Shown here: positions 46,005 through 56,764 of the stretch, piece after piece | How positions within the stretch are numbered: the stretch's first letter is position 1 | Layout of the letters: every line of letters begins with the position of its first letter | From: Verrucomicrobiota bacterium | Lineage (GTDB): Bacteria; Verrucomicrobiota; Verrucomicrobiia; Limisphaerales; UBA11358 | Direction of reading: 5' to 3' | Assembly (NCBI GenBank): GCA_050008355.1 | Contig: JBEKMT010000001.1 | Location: 72 to 64,071, forward strand | DNA length: 64,000 bases | Made by a program: the position numbers and the translations under genes | The notes under the pieces: generated by a model | Seen by the model: the letters and a program-made list of their open reading frames with translations, nothing else | Database searches by the model: none | What the model was told of the DNA's origin: nothing

Positions 46005-47270
46005 TCAGGGAACGGTGATTTGAAGAATTTTACCATCCTGCATCAGGGCATACAATTCACCGTCGTTGTCTTCGGCAAAACTGTCGATGTTGTCGGTCTG
46101 TTGCAATAATTTGCCCTGCACGCTGACCTTTTGCGCAACGCGGTCATAACGAAATCCCCAGATCGTACCCAAGCTGTAATCGCCATAGAGGTAGACGCCC
46201 TCCAGTGCCGGAAACTGTTTGCCGCGATATACATAGCCGCCGATGATACACAAGCCGATCGTGTGATCAGGAAAAAGCGATTCCGCAAGGAGTTCGGGAC
46301 GGTGCGGATATTCCATTACGGGATCAATATACTGCGCGCCAACGGGTCCGGGCTTAAAATGGTGCGCACCTTCGCGGATGCTCCACCCGTAGTTACCGCC
46401 ATTAGTCACGAGATCAACTTCCTCCCATAAATCCTGGCCGACGTCCCCGACCCACAAGTCTCCCGTGGCACGATCAAAACTATAACGCCACGGATTGCGC
46501 AAGCCGTAGGCAAAGATTTCCTTGTGCGCGCCGAAGCCGTCCATAGCCGGTTCTTTGATAAACGGGTTGTCTGATGGAAAGCCGTATCCCAACTCATGTT
46601 TGTGACGGCCTTCGCCCCACGTTGCGCGGGAATTCACGTCAATGCGCAACATTTTCGCCAGCAATGTCGCGGTGTTCTGTCCGCTGCCGAAGGGATCATC
46701 ACCCGCGCCGCCATCGCCGAGGCCAAGATAGAGGTACCCATCGGGACCGAACAGCAGTTCGCCGCCCTTGTGATTGGAAAAGGGTTGTTGGACCTGGAGC
46801 ACGATGCGCTCGGAACCCATGTCAGCCTTGTCGGGATCCTCGGCTGAAACTTTGAATTCGCTGATGATACTGCGAAAAGGATAATTCTGCGGCTGCGAAT
46901 TCTGGTCGACGGGATTCTTCCGGTTATAATAGACGTAGAACAAACCGTTCGTCAGGAAGCCTGGATGAAAGGCGATGCTCAGCAAACCGTCTTCATTGTC
47001 GAAATTCGGCTGGCGGTCTTCAATGTCCAGGAAAACCTTCGCATCGCCGCCGTCGGAGCCCTTTTTCAAGACGAGGATTTTGCCTTTTTGGTAAACGATG
47101 AAGCATCGTCCCGAGCCATCCGGGGCTTCGCTCATCCAGACCGGACGTTCATCCGTTAATTTTTCAAAGACCGGCTTTAGCGAGATTGACGGGAGCGGTG
47201 GTGCGGGGGAGGAAAATGCCAGTGCGCACAGGGCGGAAAGAATCAATGCGGTCATCGCAAATTTTTTCAT
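46005..47270 (-). CDS. PQQ-dependent sugar (glucose/sorbosone) dehydrogenase family protein, secreted
   Basis: It has the signal peptide MKKFAMTALILSALCALA, plus HKGGELLFGPDGYLYLGLGDGG and GLRNPWRYSFD. I chose the ATG at 47270. Confidence 0.8.
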   Translation of the reverse strand: MKKFAMTALILSALCALAFSSPAPPLPSISLKPVFEKLTDERPVWMSEAPDGSGRCFIVYQKGKILVLKKGSDGGDAKVFLDIEDRQPNFDNEDGLLSIAFHPGFLTNGLFYVYYNRKNPVDQNSQPQNYPFRSIISEFKVSAEDPDKADMGSERIVLQVQQPFSNHKGGELLFGPDGYLYLGLGDGGAGDDPFGSGQNTATLLAKMLRIDVNSRATWGEGRHKHELGYGFPSDNPFIKEPAMDGFGAHKEIFAYGLRNPWRYSFDRATGDLWVGDVGQDLWEEVDLVTNGGNYGWSIREGAHHFKPGPVGAQYIDPVMEYPHRPELLAESLFPDHTIGLCIIGGYVYRGKQFPALEGVYLYGDYSLGTIWGFRYDRVAQKVSVQGKLLQQTDNIDSFAEDNDGELYALMQDGKILQITVP

Positions 47271-47424
47271 GGTTGGAAAGCAAAGCGAGGAACCAGCGAA
47301 ATGTAAAGGCGTTCTTTCAAATTGATACAAAACGTCTTGAAGACAGAGACTGACGCGCGGTTGTTTTCTGGCGAGGTTCCGCGAATTTTGAGGTGCCCCA
47401 TTTTCAAATCGCGGAATCCACGGT

Positions 47425-48753
47425 TTGTGCTATGTTTCCCGCCGCACAAGTTTGAAAGCACTGGTCAAAATCGAAAGAACGCGACTGGAAAAGGTTTTCC
47501 TCGTCGGCGTGGAGCTCAAATCACAGGGGACGGCGGACATTCGCGAATCGCTCGCGGAACTGGCGGAGCTTTCGCAAACCGCCGGCGCGGAAGTGGCCGG
47601 CGAGGGCATTCAAAAAATGGAATCTTTGAATCCCGCGACTTTCATCGGCAAAGGGAAGGCGGAGGAATTTTCGCAATGGTGCAAGGCCAATGTCGTGGAC
47701 ACAGTGATTTTTGACGATGAACTCTCGCCCGCTCAAAGCCGCAACCTTGAAAAAATCTTCAACTGCAAAATCCTGGATCGCACGGCGCTGATCCTGGATA
47801 TTTTTGCGCAGCGCGCCCGCACCCGTGAGGGCAAGTTGCAGATCGAGCTGGCCCAGTTGCAACATTTACTCCCGCGTCTGACTCGGTTCTGGGGCCACTT
47901 GTCGCGTCAATCGGGCGGCATCGGGATGCGCGGGGGCGAGGGCGAATCCCAGCTCGAGGCCGACCGCCGGAAGGTTTCGGAACGCATCGACCGCATCGAA
48001 CGCGACCTCGACGCCGTGCGCCGCCAGCGCGAGACCCAGCGCGCCGGGCGTCAACGCAGCCAATGGCCGCTTGCGTCGATCGTCGGTTACACCAATGCCG
48101 GTAAATCCACATTGCTCAATCTGCTCACCGGCGCGGACGTCCTGGCGAAAGATATCTTGTTCGCCACACTTGACCCAACCACGCGCCGTTTGAAATTGCC
48201 GACAAACCAAAATGTGCTATTGACGGACACTGTCGGTTTCATCAAAAAGCTGCCGCACGGCCTCGTCGAGGCGTTCAAGGCGACACTGGAGGAAGTCGTG
48301 CAAGCCGATTTACTGCTGCACGTCGTGGACATCAGCCACCCGCAGGCCGAGGAGCAGATTGCGGCGGTGAACGCCGTGCTGGCGGAAATCGGCGCGGCGG
48401 AAAAATCCACCATCATGGTCCTCAACAAAGTGGACCAACTTAACGGCGGCGGAGGCGCCCTAATCCGCTTGCGCGAAAAGTTTTCCAACGCGGTAGCCAT
48501 TTCCGCCAAGACCGGCGAGGGCGCACCGGCCCTGCTCGCGGAATTGGGCACGCAACTTCGGCCCGTGCGCGAATTTCTGGAACTGAAAATTCCGCACGAA
48601 AACGCGGCCGTGATCGCACGTCTGCATAAATTGGGTCAAGTCATCGAACGCCGCTACACCGGGAGGAGCGCCCGGTTCAAGGCCAGAATTCCGCCTCATC
48701 ACCTCGCCGAGTTTGCGGCCTTCATCGTGCCGGAAAAGCCGGTGGCGCAATAA
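47425..48753 (+). CDS. hflX: GTPase HflX
   Basis: It contains VFLVGV..., IFAQRARTREGKLQIELAQL, G1 GYTNAGKSTLLN, DTVGF and NKVD. The track start is TTG, so the start is uncertain. Confidence 0.9.
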   Translation: MCYVSRRTSLKALVKIERTRLEKVFLVGVELKSQGTADIRESLAELAELSQTAGAEVAGEGIQKMESLNPATFIGKGKAEEFSQWCKANVVDTVIFDDELSPAQSRNLEKIFNCKILDRTALILDIFAQRARTREGKLQIELAQLQHLLPRLTRFWGHLSRQSGGIGMRGGEGESQLEADRRKVSERIDRIERDLDAVRRQRETQRAGRQRSQWPLASIVGYTNAGKSTLLNLLTGADVLAKDILFATLDPTTRRLKLPTNQNVLLTDTVGFIKKLPHGLVEAFKATLEEVVQADLLLHVVDISHPQAEEQIAAVNAVLAEIGAAEKSTIMVLNKVDQLNGGGGALIRLREKFSNAVAISAKTGEGAPALLAELGTQLRPVREFLELKIPHENAAVIARLHKLGQVIERRYTGRSARFKARIPPHHLAEFAAFIVPEKPVAQ

Positions 48754-48845
48754 CACATTGAATATAGAACAAAAGTGCAACTGCCGCTTGCTTTGCCATT
48801 GCAGTCCGCTTAAATCTTTGGCAAACATCTAACGAAGGCCATTAT

Positions 48846-50153
48846 ATGTCACACACCGGCAGACAATCGGCAAACACCAGCAAAGTGCTCAGCGTCATCA
48901 TGGGCGGCGGCCAGGGAACACGCCTTTTTCCGCTCACCAAGGACCGCGCGAAACCGGCCGTGCCGCTGGCGGGCAAATACCGGCTGGTAGACATCCCGAT
49001 CTCGAATTGCATCAACTCCGGTTTCCGCCGGATTTACATTCTGACGCAGTTCAATTCCGCCTCGCTGCACGGGCACATTTCACGCACCTACAAGTTTGAC
49101 CATTTTTCCAGCGGCTTTGTGGAAATCCTCGCCGCCCAGCAAACCTTCACCAATACATCGTGGTATGAGGGAACGGCGGACGCCGTGCGGAAAAACCTGA
49201 TGCACTTCCTGGATCACGATTTCGATTATCTGGTGATTTTGAGCGGTGACCAACTGTACCGGATGGATTTCCGCGAAATGGTGGAACAACATGTTGAAAC
49301 CGGTGCTGAGATCACCGTCGCCACCATCCCGGTCACCCGGGCGGAATGCCATGCGCTCGGCATCATGCAAATGGACCCCGACCGGCGCATTCGAAATTTC
49401 GTGGAAAAACCCAAGGATGCAGCATTGCTGGATCCGTTGAAATTGTCCGAGGAAATGCGCCTGCAACTCGGCATCAAGATCAATGGCGACGCATTTCTCG
49501 CCTCGATGGGCATATATGTTTTCAACCGAGACGTCATCTGCGAACTGCTGGACAACCCGCTTTCTGATTTCGGCAAGCACATCATCCCCCACGCCATCAA
49601 ATCGCGCCGTGTTTTCTCTTATGTTTACCAAGGCTATTGGGAGGACATCGGCACGATCCGCTCGTTTTTCGAGGCCAATCTCGACCTCGTTTCCGAACTG
49701 CCGCGTTTCAATTTCTTTGACATGAGCGCGCCGATCTTTTCGCGGCCGCGCTACCTGCCCGGTTCGAAAATCAACGGTGCGCAGATTGACCATGCGGTCA
49801 TTTCCGACGGCTGCATCATCAACCACGCGATCATCAACCGCACCATCATCGGCCTGCGTACGCTCGTCGGGGCCGGCACGCAGTTGAACCGGGTGATCGT
49901 GATCGGCAGTGACTATTACGAATCGCAGGAGTCGGTCGAACGCAATCAACGCGAAGGCCGGCCGCGCCTCGGGATCGGCGAGAATTGCAAGATCGAGAAC
50001 GCGATCATCGATAAAAACGCGCGCATCGGCCATAATGTGAACATCACCCCTGCTGGCAAGGCCGAGAACCTCGACCACGAGCGGTACTACATCCGCGATG
50101 GTATCGTCATCATCCCAAAAGACGCCGTGATTCCGGACGGCACGGTGATTTGA
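48846..50153 (+). CDS. glgC: glucose-1-phosphate adenylyltransferase
   Basis: It contains MGGGQGTRLFPLTKDRAKPAVPLAGKYRLVDIPISNC and YWEDIGT, plus a C-terminal left-handed beta-helix region. Confidence 0.9.
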   Translation: MSHTGRQSANTSKVLSVIMGGGQGTRLFPLTKDRAKPAVPLAGKYRLVDIPISNCINSGFRRIYILTQFNSASLHGHISRTYKFDHFSSGFVEILAAQQTFTNTSWYEGTADAVRKNLMHFLDHDFDYLVILSGDQLYRMDFREMVEQHVETGAEITVATIPVTRAECHALGIMQMDPDRRIRNFVEKPKDAALLDPLKLSEEMRLQLGIKINGDAFLASMGIYVFNRDVICELLDNPLSDFGKHIIPHAIKSRRVFSYVYQGYWEDIGTIRSFFEANLDLVSELPRFNFFDMSAPIFSRPRYLPGSKINGAQIDHAVISDGCIINHAIINRTIIGLRTLVGAGTQLNRVIVIGSDYYESQESVERNQREGRPRLGIGENCKIENAIIDKNARIGHNVNITPAGKAENLDHERYYIRDGIVIIPKDAVIPDGTVI

Positions 50154-50188
50154 TTTGCGCGTGGCGCGCCAGTCGTTAAAACTTCCGC

Positions 50189-51001
50189 GTGCTTGATTCC
50201 GCCACCATTTGGAAAAGACTCAATTCGCCACGCCAGCTGTTTTTGTTCGCCGGGCCATGTGTAATTGAGAATGAAAAACTTTGCCGGCGGGTCGCCGCGT
50301 CCCTCGTCAAAACCTGCCGGCAACTGGGCATTTTCTACGTTTTCAAAGCCAGTTTTGATAAAGCCAATCGCACCTCCGGCAAAGCCTTTCGCGGGCCGGG
50401 CGTGGAGGCCGGGCTGAAGACACTGGCCAGGATCCGCGAGGAATTCGGAGTGCCCGTTTTGACCGACATCCACAACGAGGCGCAGGCCGCCGCCGCGGGC
50501 GAAGTAGTGGATGTTCTGCAAATCCCCGCCTTTCTTTGCCGCCAGACCGATTTGATCGAAGCGGCCGTGGCCACCGGAAAAATTGTGAACCTGAAAAAGG
50601 GTCAGTTCCTGTCCCCGACCGAGATGGGGCGGGTTGCGGAAAAGGCAAGAATCGCGGGCGGGAAAAAAATTCTCCTGACGGAACGCGGCACCACTTTCGG
50701 CTACAACAACCTCGTCGCCGACATGCGTTCGATTCCGATTATGAAATCTTTCGGTTTTCCGGTGGTCTTTGACGCCACGCATTCGGTCCAGCTTCCCGGC
50801 GGCGGCGGCGACAAGTCAGCCGGGCAACGGGAGTTTGCTCCGGTGCTGGCGCGGGCGGCTTTGGCGGTGGGTGCGAACGGCCTGTTCATTGAAACCCATC
50901 CGGATCCGGACAAGGCCCTGAGTGACGGGCCCAATATGATTCCACTGGGTGAAATGGGTGCCAACCTTAAAGGTCTACTCAAAATTTTCAACGCCCGCTG
51001 A
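50189..51001 (+). CDS. kdsA: 3-deoxy-8-phosphooctulonate synthase
   Basis: It contains [32 protein letters not shown] and [12 protein letters not shown]. The start is GTG. Confidence 0.9.
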   Translation: MLDSATIWKRLNSPRQLFLFAGPCVIENEKLCRRVAASLVKTCRQLGIFYVFKASFDKANRTSGKAFRGPGVEAGLKTLARIREEFGVPVLTDIHNEAQAAAAGEVVDVLQIPAFLCRQTDLIEAAVATGKIVNLKKGQFLSPTEMGRVAEKARIAGGKKILLTERGTTFGYNNLVADMRSIPIMKSFGFPVVFDATHSVQLPGGGGDKSAGQREFAPVLARAALAVGANGLFIETHPDPDKALSDGPNMIPLGEMGANLKGLLKIFNAR

Positions 51002-51002
51002 C

Positions 51003-51545
51003 ATGCCAAAACCCGTTTCCATTGCGCTAAAAAAAAGGCTGGCGCGCATCAAACTCTTTCTCTGCGACGTGGACGGCGTGCTGACGGACGGATCCGTGTA
51101 CATCGGCGGCGCGCAGGAGATCAAACGCTTCAACATCCGCGATGGACTTGGCCTGGTCCTGGCCCGCCGGGCCGGATTGAAGGTCGGTTGGGTTTCCGCC
51201 CGTCCCTCGGTGGCGACCAAACTGCGCGCGGATGAATTGAAAATTGATTTTCTTGTGCAGCAGGGGGATGGCACCAGTAAAACCGCAGCCGTGGAGCAAT
51301 TGCTGGTGCAGGAAAAGCTGACCTGGGCAGACACGTGTTTTGTCGGGGACGACATCATTGACCTGGGGCCGCTGACACGAGCCGGCTTCGCGGTCGTCGT
51401 CGGCGACGGCGTAACCGAGGCCAAGGCGGCAGCGCACTACGTCACCGGCAATGCCGGCGGACGAGGGGCGGTGCGTGAAACGGTGGAATTGATTTTGAAA
51501 ACCCAGGGCAAGTGGGTGCAATTTCAGAAAAAATACTCCGAATGA
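51003..51545 (+). CDS. kdsC: KDO 8-phosphate phosphatase (HAD family)
   Basis: It contains LFLCDVDGVLTDG and FVGDDIIDL. I chose the ATG at 51003, 1 nt after the kdsA stop. Confidence 0.85.
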   Translation: MPKPVSIALKKRLARIKLFLCDVDGVLTDGSVYIGGAQEIKRFNIRDGLGLVLARRAGLKVGWVSARPSVATKLRADELKIDFLVQQGDGTSKTAAVEQLLVQEKLTWADTCFVGDDIIDLGPLTRAGFAVVVGDGVTEAKAAAHYVTGNAGGRGAVRETVELILKTQGKWVQFQKKYSE

Positions 51546-52057
51546 AAAGCAGCGGGAGCAACCTTGGGTTCATATTATTAAGCGTGGTTTCAAGGCACCG
51601 AAGATTCATCGCCGCATTTTGGTTAATCTTCTTTACCACTGTGCCCGGTGAGTTTGCGCAGACGACGATGCTTGTTCCGGTGAAGGGTTTCAGTTCGGGA
51701 GAATTCACCTCGGATCAATTCTTTGAGCCGCCCAATGAACAACTGGTCCACATGAGATTGTCGGGTGCATCCGCCTCGCCTTTGCCTGGCGGCGCCTTGG
51801 ACATCACGGATTTGAAGATCAAGACATTTTATATAAGCGGCAAAACGCAATCGATCCTCCAGGCGCCGCAATGCACCTACATGGTGTTGGACGGAATCGC
51901 CAGCTCGCCGGGGCACCTGGAATTGCAAAGCGGCGACGGCAACATGGACACCACAGGAGACGGATTTTTGTGGCGGCAAAGTGACTACTCGCTCACCATC
52001 TCCAACAATGTGCATACCGTGATAAAAACAGGGTTTTTCAAATTGATCGCCCCATGA
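51542..52057 (+). CDS. LptC-like LPS export protein (weak)
   Basis: It sits between kdsC and lptA, with an ATGA overlap with kdsC. It has one N-terminal TM segment and a beta-rich periplasmic part. The call rests mainly on synteny. Confidence 0.5.
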   Translation: MKSSGSNLGFILLSVVSRHRRFIAAFWLIFFTTVPGEFAQTTMLVPVKGFSSGEFTSDQFFEPPNEQLVHMRLSGASASPLPGGALDITDLKIKTFYISGKTQSILQAPQCTYMVLDGIASSPGHLELQSGDGNMDTTGDGFLWRQSDYSLTISNNVHTVIKTGFFKLIAP

Positions 52058-52644
52058 AAAGGTTTTTGATTCTATTATTGGCCGCGATTGGCGCGACTGC
52101 TGCCTGGGGGCAGACGAATGCAACGAATGCCGCGGCCGGAAAGCCCCCGGAGCAAAAACCGGCGCAACAGGAAATCGGGTTGACCTCGGGGCATTTCATT
52201 TATGATGGGAGTAAACGGGTGGTGATTTATTTCGATCATGTCGTGGTCACCAATTTTCAGGGTAGATTGACATGTGAACGGCTGACGATTGATTTGCCCC
52301 CGGAAGGGTCGACGAACAACCAGCCCACGAATGCCGTGGCGGAAACCAATGTCGTGATCAATTTCATTAATAAGGGTGACACGAATCATGTCACGTGTGA
52401 CAGGGCGGTATACGCCTACAGCGTCGTAAACGCGGTGACCAACAATACGATTACGTTTCACGGCTCCACCAACAGCCCCGCCGAGGTGCAAAATTCCAAA
52501 GGCACGACGACGGGCGAACCCCTGGTGTACGACCTCGTGAGCGGGCAATTTTCAGGCGTGAATACGGTGATGCATTTCCTGGTCCCTTCCGGTACGGGCA
52601 ATGGAACGAATTCATCGCCGCTCAACTTGTTCAATGCGCATTGA
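52054..52644 (+). CDS. lptA: LptA/OstA-family periplasmic LPS transport protein
   Basis: It has a signal peptide and OstA-like beta-jellyroll repeats. It overlaps the preceding gene by 4 nt and lies immediately upstream of lptB. Confidence 0.7.
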   Translation: MKRFLILLLAAIGATAAWGQTNATNAAAGKPPEQKPAQQEIGLTSGHFIYDGSKRVVIYFDHVVVTNFQGRLTCERLTIDLPPEGSTNNQPTNAVAETNVVINFINKGDTNHVTCDRAVYAYSVVNAVTNNTITFHGSTNSPAEVQNSKGTTTGEPLVYDLVSGQFSGVNTVMHFLVPSGTGNGTNSSPLNLFNAH

Positions 52645-53380
52645 GGCAACAGTAAATGGGCCGCTGCTCGCGACGGAAAAACTGGCGAAGGAGTACCGCA
52701 GCCGGCGCGTGGTCAATGGCGTTTCCGTGGATGTCAGCGCAGGAGAAATCGTCGGTTTGCTCGGGCCGAATGGCGCGGGCAAAACGACAACCTTCAACAT
52801 GGTGGTCGGGGTGGTAAAACCGGATGAAGGATCCGTCACGTTTCAATCCCAAGAAATCACCAACCTGCCGATGCACCAACGCGCGCGGCTGGGCATCGGT
52901 TACCTGACGCAGGAACCGTCAGTGTTCCGCAAGTTGAGTGTGGAGGAAAATATTCTCGCGATTTTAGAGACGTGCAAATTATCGCGCAGCGAGCGAGAGG
53001 TGCGGCTCAAGTACCTGCTGGAAGAGCTGGACCTGACTCCCATCCGCAAGAGCAAGGCCTACCAATTGAGCGGCGGCGAAAAACGGCGCCTGGAAATCAC
53101 CCGTGCGCTGGTCACCAGCCCCAAATTGCTCCTGCTCGACGAACCGTTCAGCGGCATTGACCCGATCGCCGTCTATGAGGTTCAAAAAATCGTTCGTCGG
53201 CTGAAGGAACGCGGCCTGGGCATATTGATCACGGATCACAACGTGCGCGAGACGTTGAAATTGATTGATCGCGGCTACATAATCCACAAAGGTCAGGTAT
53301 TGGTGGCGGGCAGCGCAGAGTTTCTGGCGAACGACCCGAAGGCGCGCGAGATTTATCTAGGGCCGGAGTTTAATTTGTGA
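52634..53380 (+). CDS. lptB: LPS export ABC transporter ATP-binding protein
   Basis: It contains GLLGPNGAGKTTTF, LSGGEKRRLEITRAL, LLLDEPFSGIDP and ITDHNVRETL. I chose the ATG at 52634. Confidence 0.9.
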   Translation: MRIEATVNGPLLATEKLAKEYRSRRVVNGVSVDVSAGEIVGLLGPNGAGKTTTFNMVVGVVKPDEGSVTFQSQEITNLPMHQRARLGIGYLTQEPSVFRKLSVEENILAILETCKLSRSEREVRLKYLLEELDLTPIRKSKAYQLSGGEKRRLEITRALVTSPKLLLLDEPFSGIDPIAVYEVQKIVRRLKERGLGILITDHNVRETLKLIDRGYIIHKGQVLVAGSAEFLANDPKAREIYLGPEFNL

Positions 53381-53479
53381 AAGCAAAGTGCAGATGCTGG
53401 GCTCGCTGAGGCGCTGCCAGACATCCTTTCCCACGGGATGCCGGGCAAGGCTTCACGATTCAACCATTGAACGAAATTT

Positions 53480-54448
53480 ATGGAACGTCCATCCGTCACG
53501 GTCGAACAATTATTCAAAGAACACGCCGCGTCGTTGCAGATGAAGTTGATTGCGGGGGAGGATAAATTAAAACGCATCATCCGCGAACCGACGGTGAACC
53601 GACCCGGTCTGGCGTTGAGCGGTTTCACTCGTTACTTCGCCTACAAACGTGTGCAGGTGATGGGACACGCGGAAGTTTACTATTTGCGCGAGTTGCGCAC
53701 CGAGGAGCGCGAGGCGCGTTATGCATATCTCTTTGCATATAAAATCCCATGCGTGGTGTTCAGCCGCGGGTTGAAACCGGATAAGGAATTCCTCACGGCG
53801 GCGGAGCAGGCGTCGGTACCAATTTTTCAGACACCGCTCGTGACCATGAAGTTCATTAATCTGGCCACCCTCGCGGTGGAGACGTTGTTCGCGCCGCGCG
53901 GCACGGAACTCGGGAGCATGGTAGACATTCTTGGGGTGGGCGTGATCATCCGAGGCGAAAGTGGTATCGGAAAAAGCGAAGCAGTGCTGGCCCTGATCGA
54001 ACGCGGTTACAGCCTGGTGGCCGACGATGTGGTGAAAGTTGTGCTCTCGGACAACCGTGAAGTGATCTGCACGAGTGCCGAGCTGACGCGAGACCACATG
54101 GAGGTGCGCGGCATTGGCATCATCAACGTCGCACAAATGTTCGGAGTCAAGGCCATCCGCAAGGAAAAAAGCCTCGACCTCATCGTTTCGCTCAAGCACT
54201 GGGACGAGGTCAAGGATGTGGACCGCTTGGGTCTGGAGCAGGAATACGTGAAAGTGCTCGGCGTGGACATTCCGCATGTGACCATTCCCGTGCGGACGGG
54301 ACGCGATCTCGGCCGATTGGTCGAAGTTGCTGCTTTTCAGGTGAAATTGCGCAAATCCGGGTATAATGCAGCCGAGGATTTGAACCAACGGCTGCTCGCG
54401 CAGATGGCCCAAAAAGCCGCGGAATCCCCCGCTCCGCCCGCAATATAA
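53480..54448 (+). CDS. hprK: HPr kinase/phosphorylase
   Basis: It has the P-loop GESGIGKSEAVLALIERG, plus LVADD and EVRGIGIINV. Confidence 0.9.
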   Translation: MERPSVTVEQLFKEHAASLQMKLIAGEDKLKRIIREPTVNRPGLALSGFTRYFAYKRVQVMGHAEVYYLRELRTEEREARYAYLFAYKIPCVVFSRGLKPDKEFLTAAEQASVPIFQTPLVTMKFINLATLAVETLFAPRGTELGSMVDILGVGVIIRGESGIGKSEAVLALIERGYSLVADDVVKVVLSDNREVICTSAELTRDHMEVRGIGIINVAQMFGVKAIRKEKSLDLIVSLKHWDEVKDVDRLGLEQEYVKVLGVDIPHVTIPVRTGRDLGRLVEVAAFQVKLRKSGYNAAEDLNQRLLAQMAQKAAESPAPPAI

Positions 54449-54499
54449 GAATTTTCCATTGGCGCAAATACCAAATCCAAATTAACTTGCCCCCGTTAA

Positions 54500-54796
54500 A
54501 TGAGTGCCAAAACCATTGCCAGCGGTGAATTCCTCACGCGGGAACTCGTCATCGCCAATAAGTCAGGCATCCACGCGCGGCCGGCAGCGATGTTTGTGAA
54601 AACCGCCAACCGGTTTGCGTGCGATATTTTCGTCGAGAAAGATGGTGAAAAAATCAACGGCAAAAGCATTATGGGTTTGATGATGCTCGCCGCCGGTCCG
54701 GGAAGCAAAGTGACACTGCATGTCAAAGGTGCGGACGCGTCCAACGCCATTGCCGAGCTTGAAGCCCTCGTCAAACGCAAGTTCGACGAGGAATGA
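54500..54796 (+). CDS. ptsH: HPr-family phosphocarrier protein
   Basis: The His15 region is NKSGIHARPAAMFV. The Ser46 region is INGKSIMGLMML. Confidence 0.85.
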   Translation: MSAKTIASGEFLTRELVIANKSGIHARPAAMFVKTANRFACDIFVEKDGEKINGKSIMGLMMLAAGPGSKVTLHVKGADASNAIAELEALVKRKFDEE

Positions 54797-54897
54797 GGCT
54801 CATTCCGGCACCCATTCCGGGTTGTCGACCTGAATTCCTGTGGAATCCACGCAAGTTGAACTTGAAATGTTCTTCCTGAAACTGGAAACTAGCCCAC

Positions 54898-55185
54898 ATG
54901 GCTTTCGCGGAAATTGATGTAAAATACGTTGCACAACTGGCGCGGATCGCCCTCACCCCCGACGAGGAAAGGAAGCTCGGCTCGCAACTGGGCAATATTC
55001 TTGGTTACATCGAAAAACTGCGCGAGCTTGACGTTTCCAATATCGAACCGACCGCGCACGCCGTCCCATTGGTCAATATCTCCCGCCCCGATGCCGCCAT
55101 AGCCTCTTTGCCGCAGGCGGAAGCGCTGCGCAACGCGCCGAGCCAGGCCAATGGCCTTTTCATCGTCCCAAAAATCGTCGAATGA
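54898..55185 (+). CDS. gatC: Asp-tRNA(Asn)/Glu-tRNA(Gln) amidotransferase subunit C
   Basis: The 95-aa protein contains VAQLARIALTPDEE...LDVSNIEPTAH. Confidence 0.88.
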   Translation: MAFAEIDVKYVAQLARIALTPDEERKLGSQLGNILGYIEKLRELDVSNIEPTAHAVPLVNISRPDAAIASLPQAEALRNAPSQANGLFIVPKIVE

Positions 55186-55273
55186 ACCTGCTTTCTCGCG
55201 CCCAACCGCATATTCCGCCCGGGAGAACCCGTTGCCGGCGCCACGAGGTGCCGGGTCGGACTGAAATATTTTC

Positions 55274-56749
55274 ATGCTGAATCAACTGACCATTTCCGAG
55301 CTGACCGCGAGGCTGGCGAAACGCGAAGTGTCGGCACGCGAGATTATGCAATCATGCCTGGATCAAATCCGGCGTGTGGATGACAGAATCCATGCTTTTT
55401 TGAGTTATGACGCGGCGGACGCGCTCGCGCAAGCGGATGCGGCCGACAAATTACTCCGTGAAAACGCCGGCTTTGCCGAACGCCCCCTCCTGGGAATACC
55501 TGTGGCCGTTAAAGATGTCCTGGCGGTCAAAAACCAGCCGCTGAATTGCGCGTCGAAAATTTTGGGCAAATTCAGTTCGCCTTACGATGCGACCGCGGTT
55601 GAAAAATTGAAGGCGGCGGGCGCGATCATTTTTGGCCGCTTGAACATGGACGAGTTCGCGATGGGCAGTTCGACGGAAAACTCCGCGTTCGGGGTCACAC
55701 ATAATCCTTGGGATACGACACGGATCCCCGGCGGCTCCTCCGGTGGTTCGGCCGCAGCGGTCGCGGCGGACGAATGCATCGCCAGTTTAGGAACCGACAC
55801 CGGGGGTTCGATCCGCCAACCGGCGGCCCTTTGCGGCTGCGTCGGCCTCAAACCAACCTACGGCCGGATTTCGCGCTATGGTTTGGTGGCGTTCGCGAGT
55901 TCGCTGGATCAAATCGGGCCATTCACCAAAGATGTGCGTGATTCGGCAACACTGCTTGGCGCCATGAGTGGACAGGATTTGCGCGATTCGACCAGCATTC
56001 CGCAGCCGGTACCCGATTACACCAAATCCCTGACCGGTGACATCGAAGGGTTGAAACTCGGGGTGCCCAGGGAATACATGATCGGCGGCCTCGATGCGGA
56101 AGTAAAAACGGCCGTGGACGCCGCCGTCAAAAAGTTTCAGGACCTCGGCGCCGAAATCGTGGAGATTTCCCTGCCGCACACGGACTACGCCGTGGCCACT
56201 TACTATATCGTAGCAACCGCGGAAGCTTCGGCCAACCTCGCGCGCTTCGACGGCATCCGCTATGGTGCCCGGGTTGACGGCAAGGATCCGATCGAGCTTT
56301 ATAGCAAAACGCGCGGGGAAGGTTTCGGCGCAGAGGTAAAGCGGCGGATTATTCTCGGGACTTACGTGTTGAGTAGCGGCTATTACGATGCTTATTATCT
56401 GCGGGCGCAGAAAGTCCGCACATTGATCCGCAACGACTTCTTGAAGGCGTTTGAAACCGTGGATGCGATCGTCACACCGACCACGCCAACCGCCGCGTTT
56501 AAGATCGGAGCGAAGTCAGACGATCCATTGCAAATGTACCTTTCCGACATCTTCACGATCTCGTGCAATCTGGCGGGCATCTGCGGCATTAGCGTTCCGT
56601 GCGGATTCACCAAAAACCCGAAGTTGCCCATCGGTTTGCAGTTGCTGGGCAAACCATTTGGAGAAGAGACATTGTTCCGCGCCGCGCACGCCTTTGAACA
56701 GAACACATTGTGGCACAAGGAAAGAGCCGTTCTCCAAGCCATGGCATAA
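55274..56749 (+). CDS. gatA: Asp-tRNA(Asn)/Glu-tRNA(Gln) amidotransferase subunit A
   Basis: It has the amidase signature [13 protein letters not shown]...[13 protein letters not shown]. Confidence 0.93.
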   Translation: MLNQLTISELTARLAKREVSAREIMQSCLDQIRRVDDRIHAFLSYDAADALAQADAADKLLRENAGFAERPLLGIPVAVKDVLAVKNQPLNCASKILGKFSSPYDATAVEKLKAAGAIIFGRLNMDEFAMGSSTENSAFGVTHNPWDTTRIPGGSSGGSAAAVAADECIASLGTDTGGSIRQPAALCGCVGLKPTYGRISRYGLVAFASSLDQIGPFTKDVRDSATLLGAMSGQDLRDSTSIPQPVPDYTKSLTGDIEGLKLGVPREYMIGGLDAEVKTAVDAAVKKFQDLGAEIVEISLPHTDYAVATYYIVATAEASANLARFDGIRYGARVDGKDPIELYSKTRGEGFGAEVKRRIILGTYVLSSGYYDAYYLRAQKVRTLIRNDFLKAFETVDAIVTPTTPTAAFKIGAKSDDPLQMYLSDIFTISCNLAGICGISVPCGFTKNPKLPIGLQLLGKPFGEETLFRAAHAFEQNTLWHKERAVLQAMA

Positions 56750-56764
56750 TTATATAAAACGCCA

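Noticed and set aside
50949-51002. The extended start of kdsC (track ORF 50949..51545) overlapping kdsA by 53 nt. Similar extended starts occur for lptB (52601), lptC-like (51512), sucC (19316), gltA (25310) and tyrA (33538).
   Set aside because: Internal ATG (or GTG for tyrA) codons give N-termini matching the family consensus and remove long overlaps with upstream genes. True starts still need experimental or comparative confirmation.
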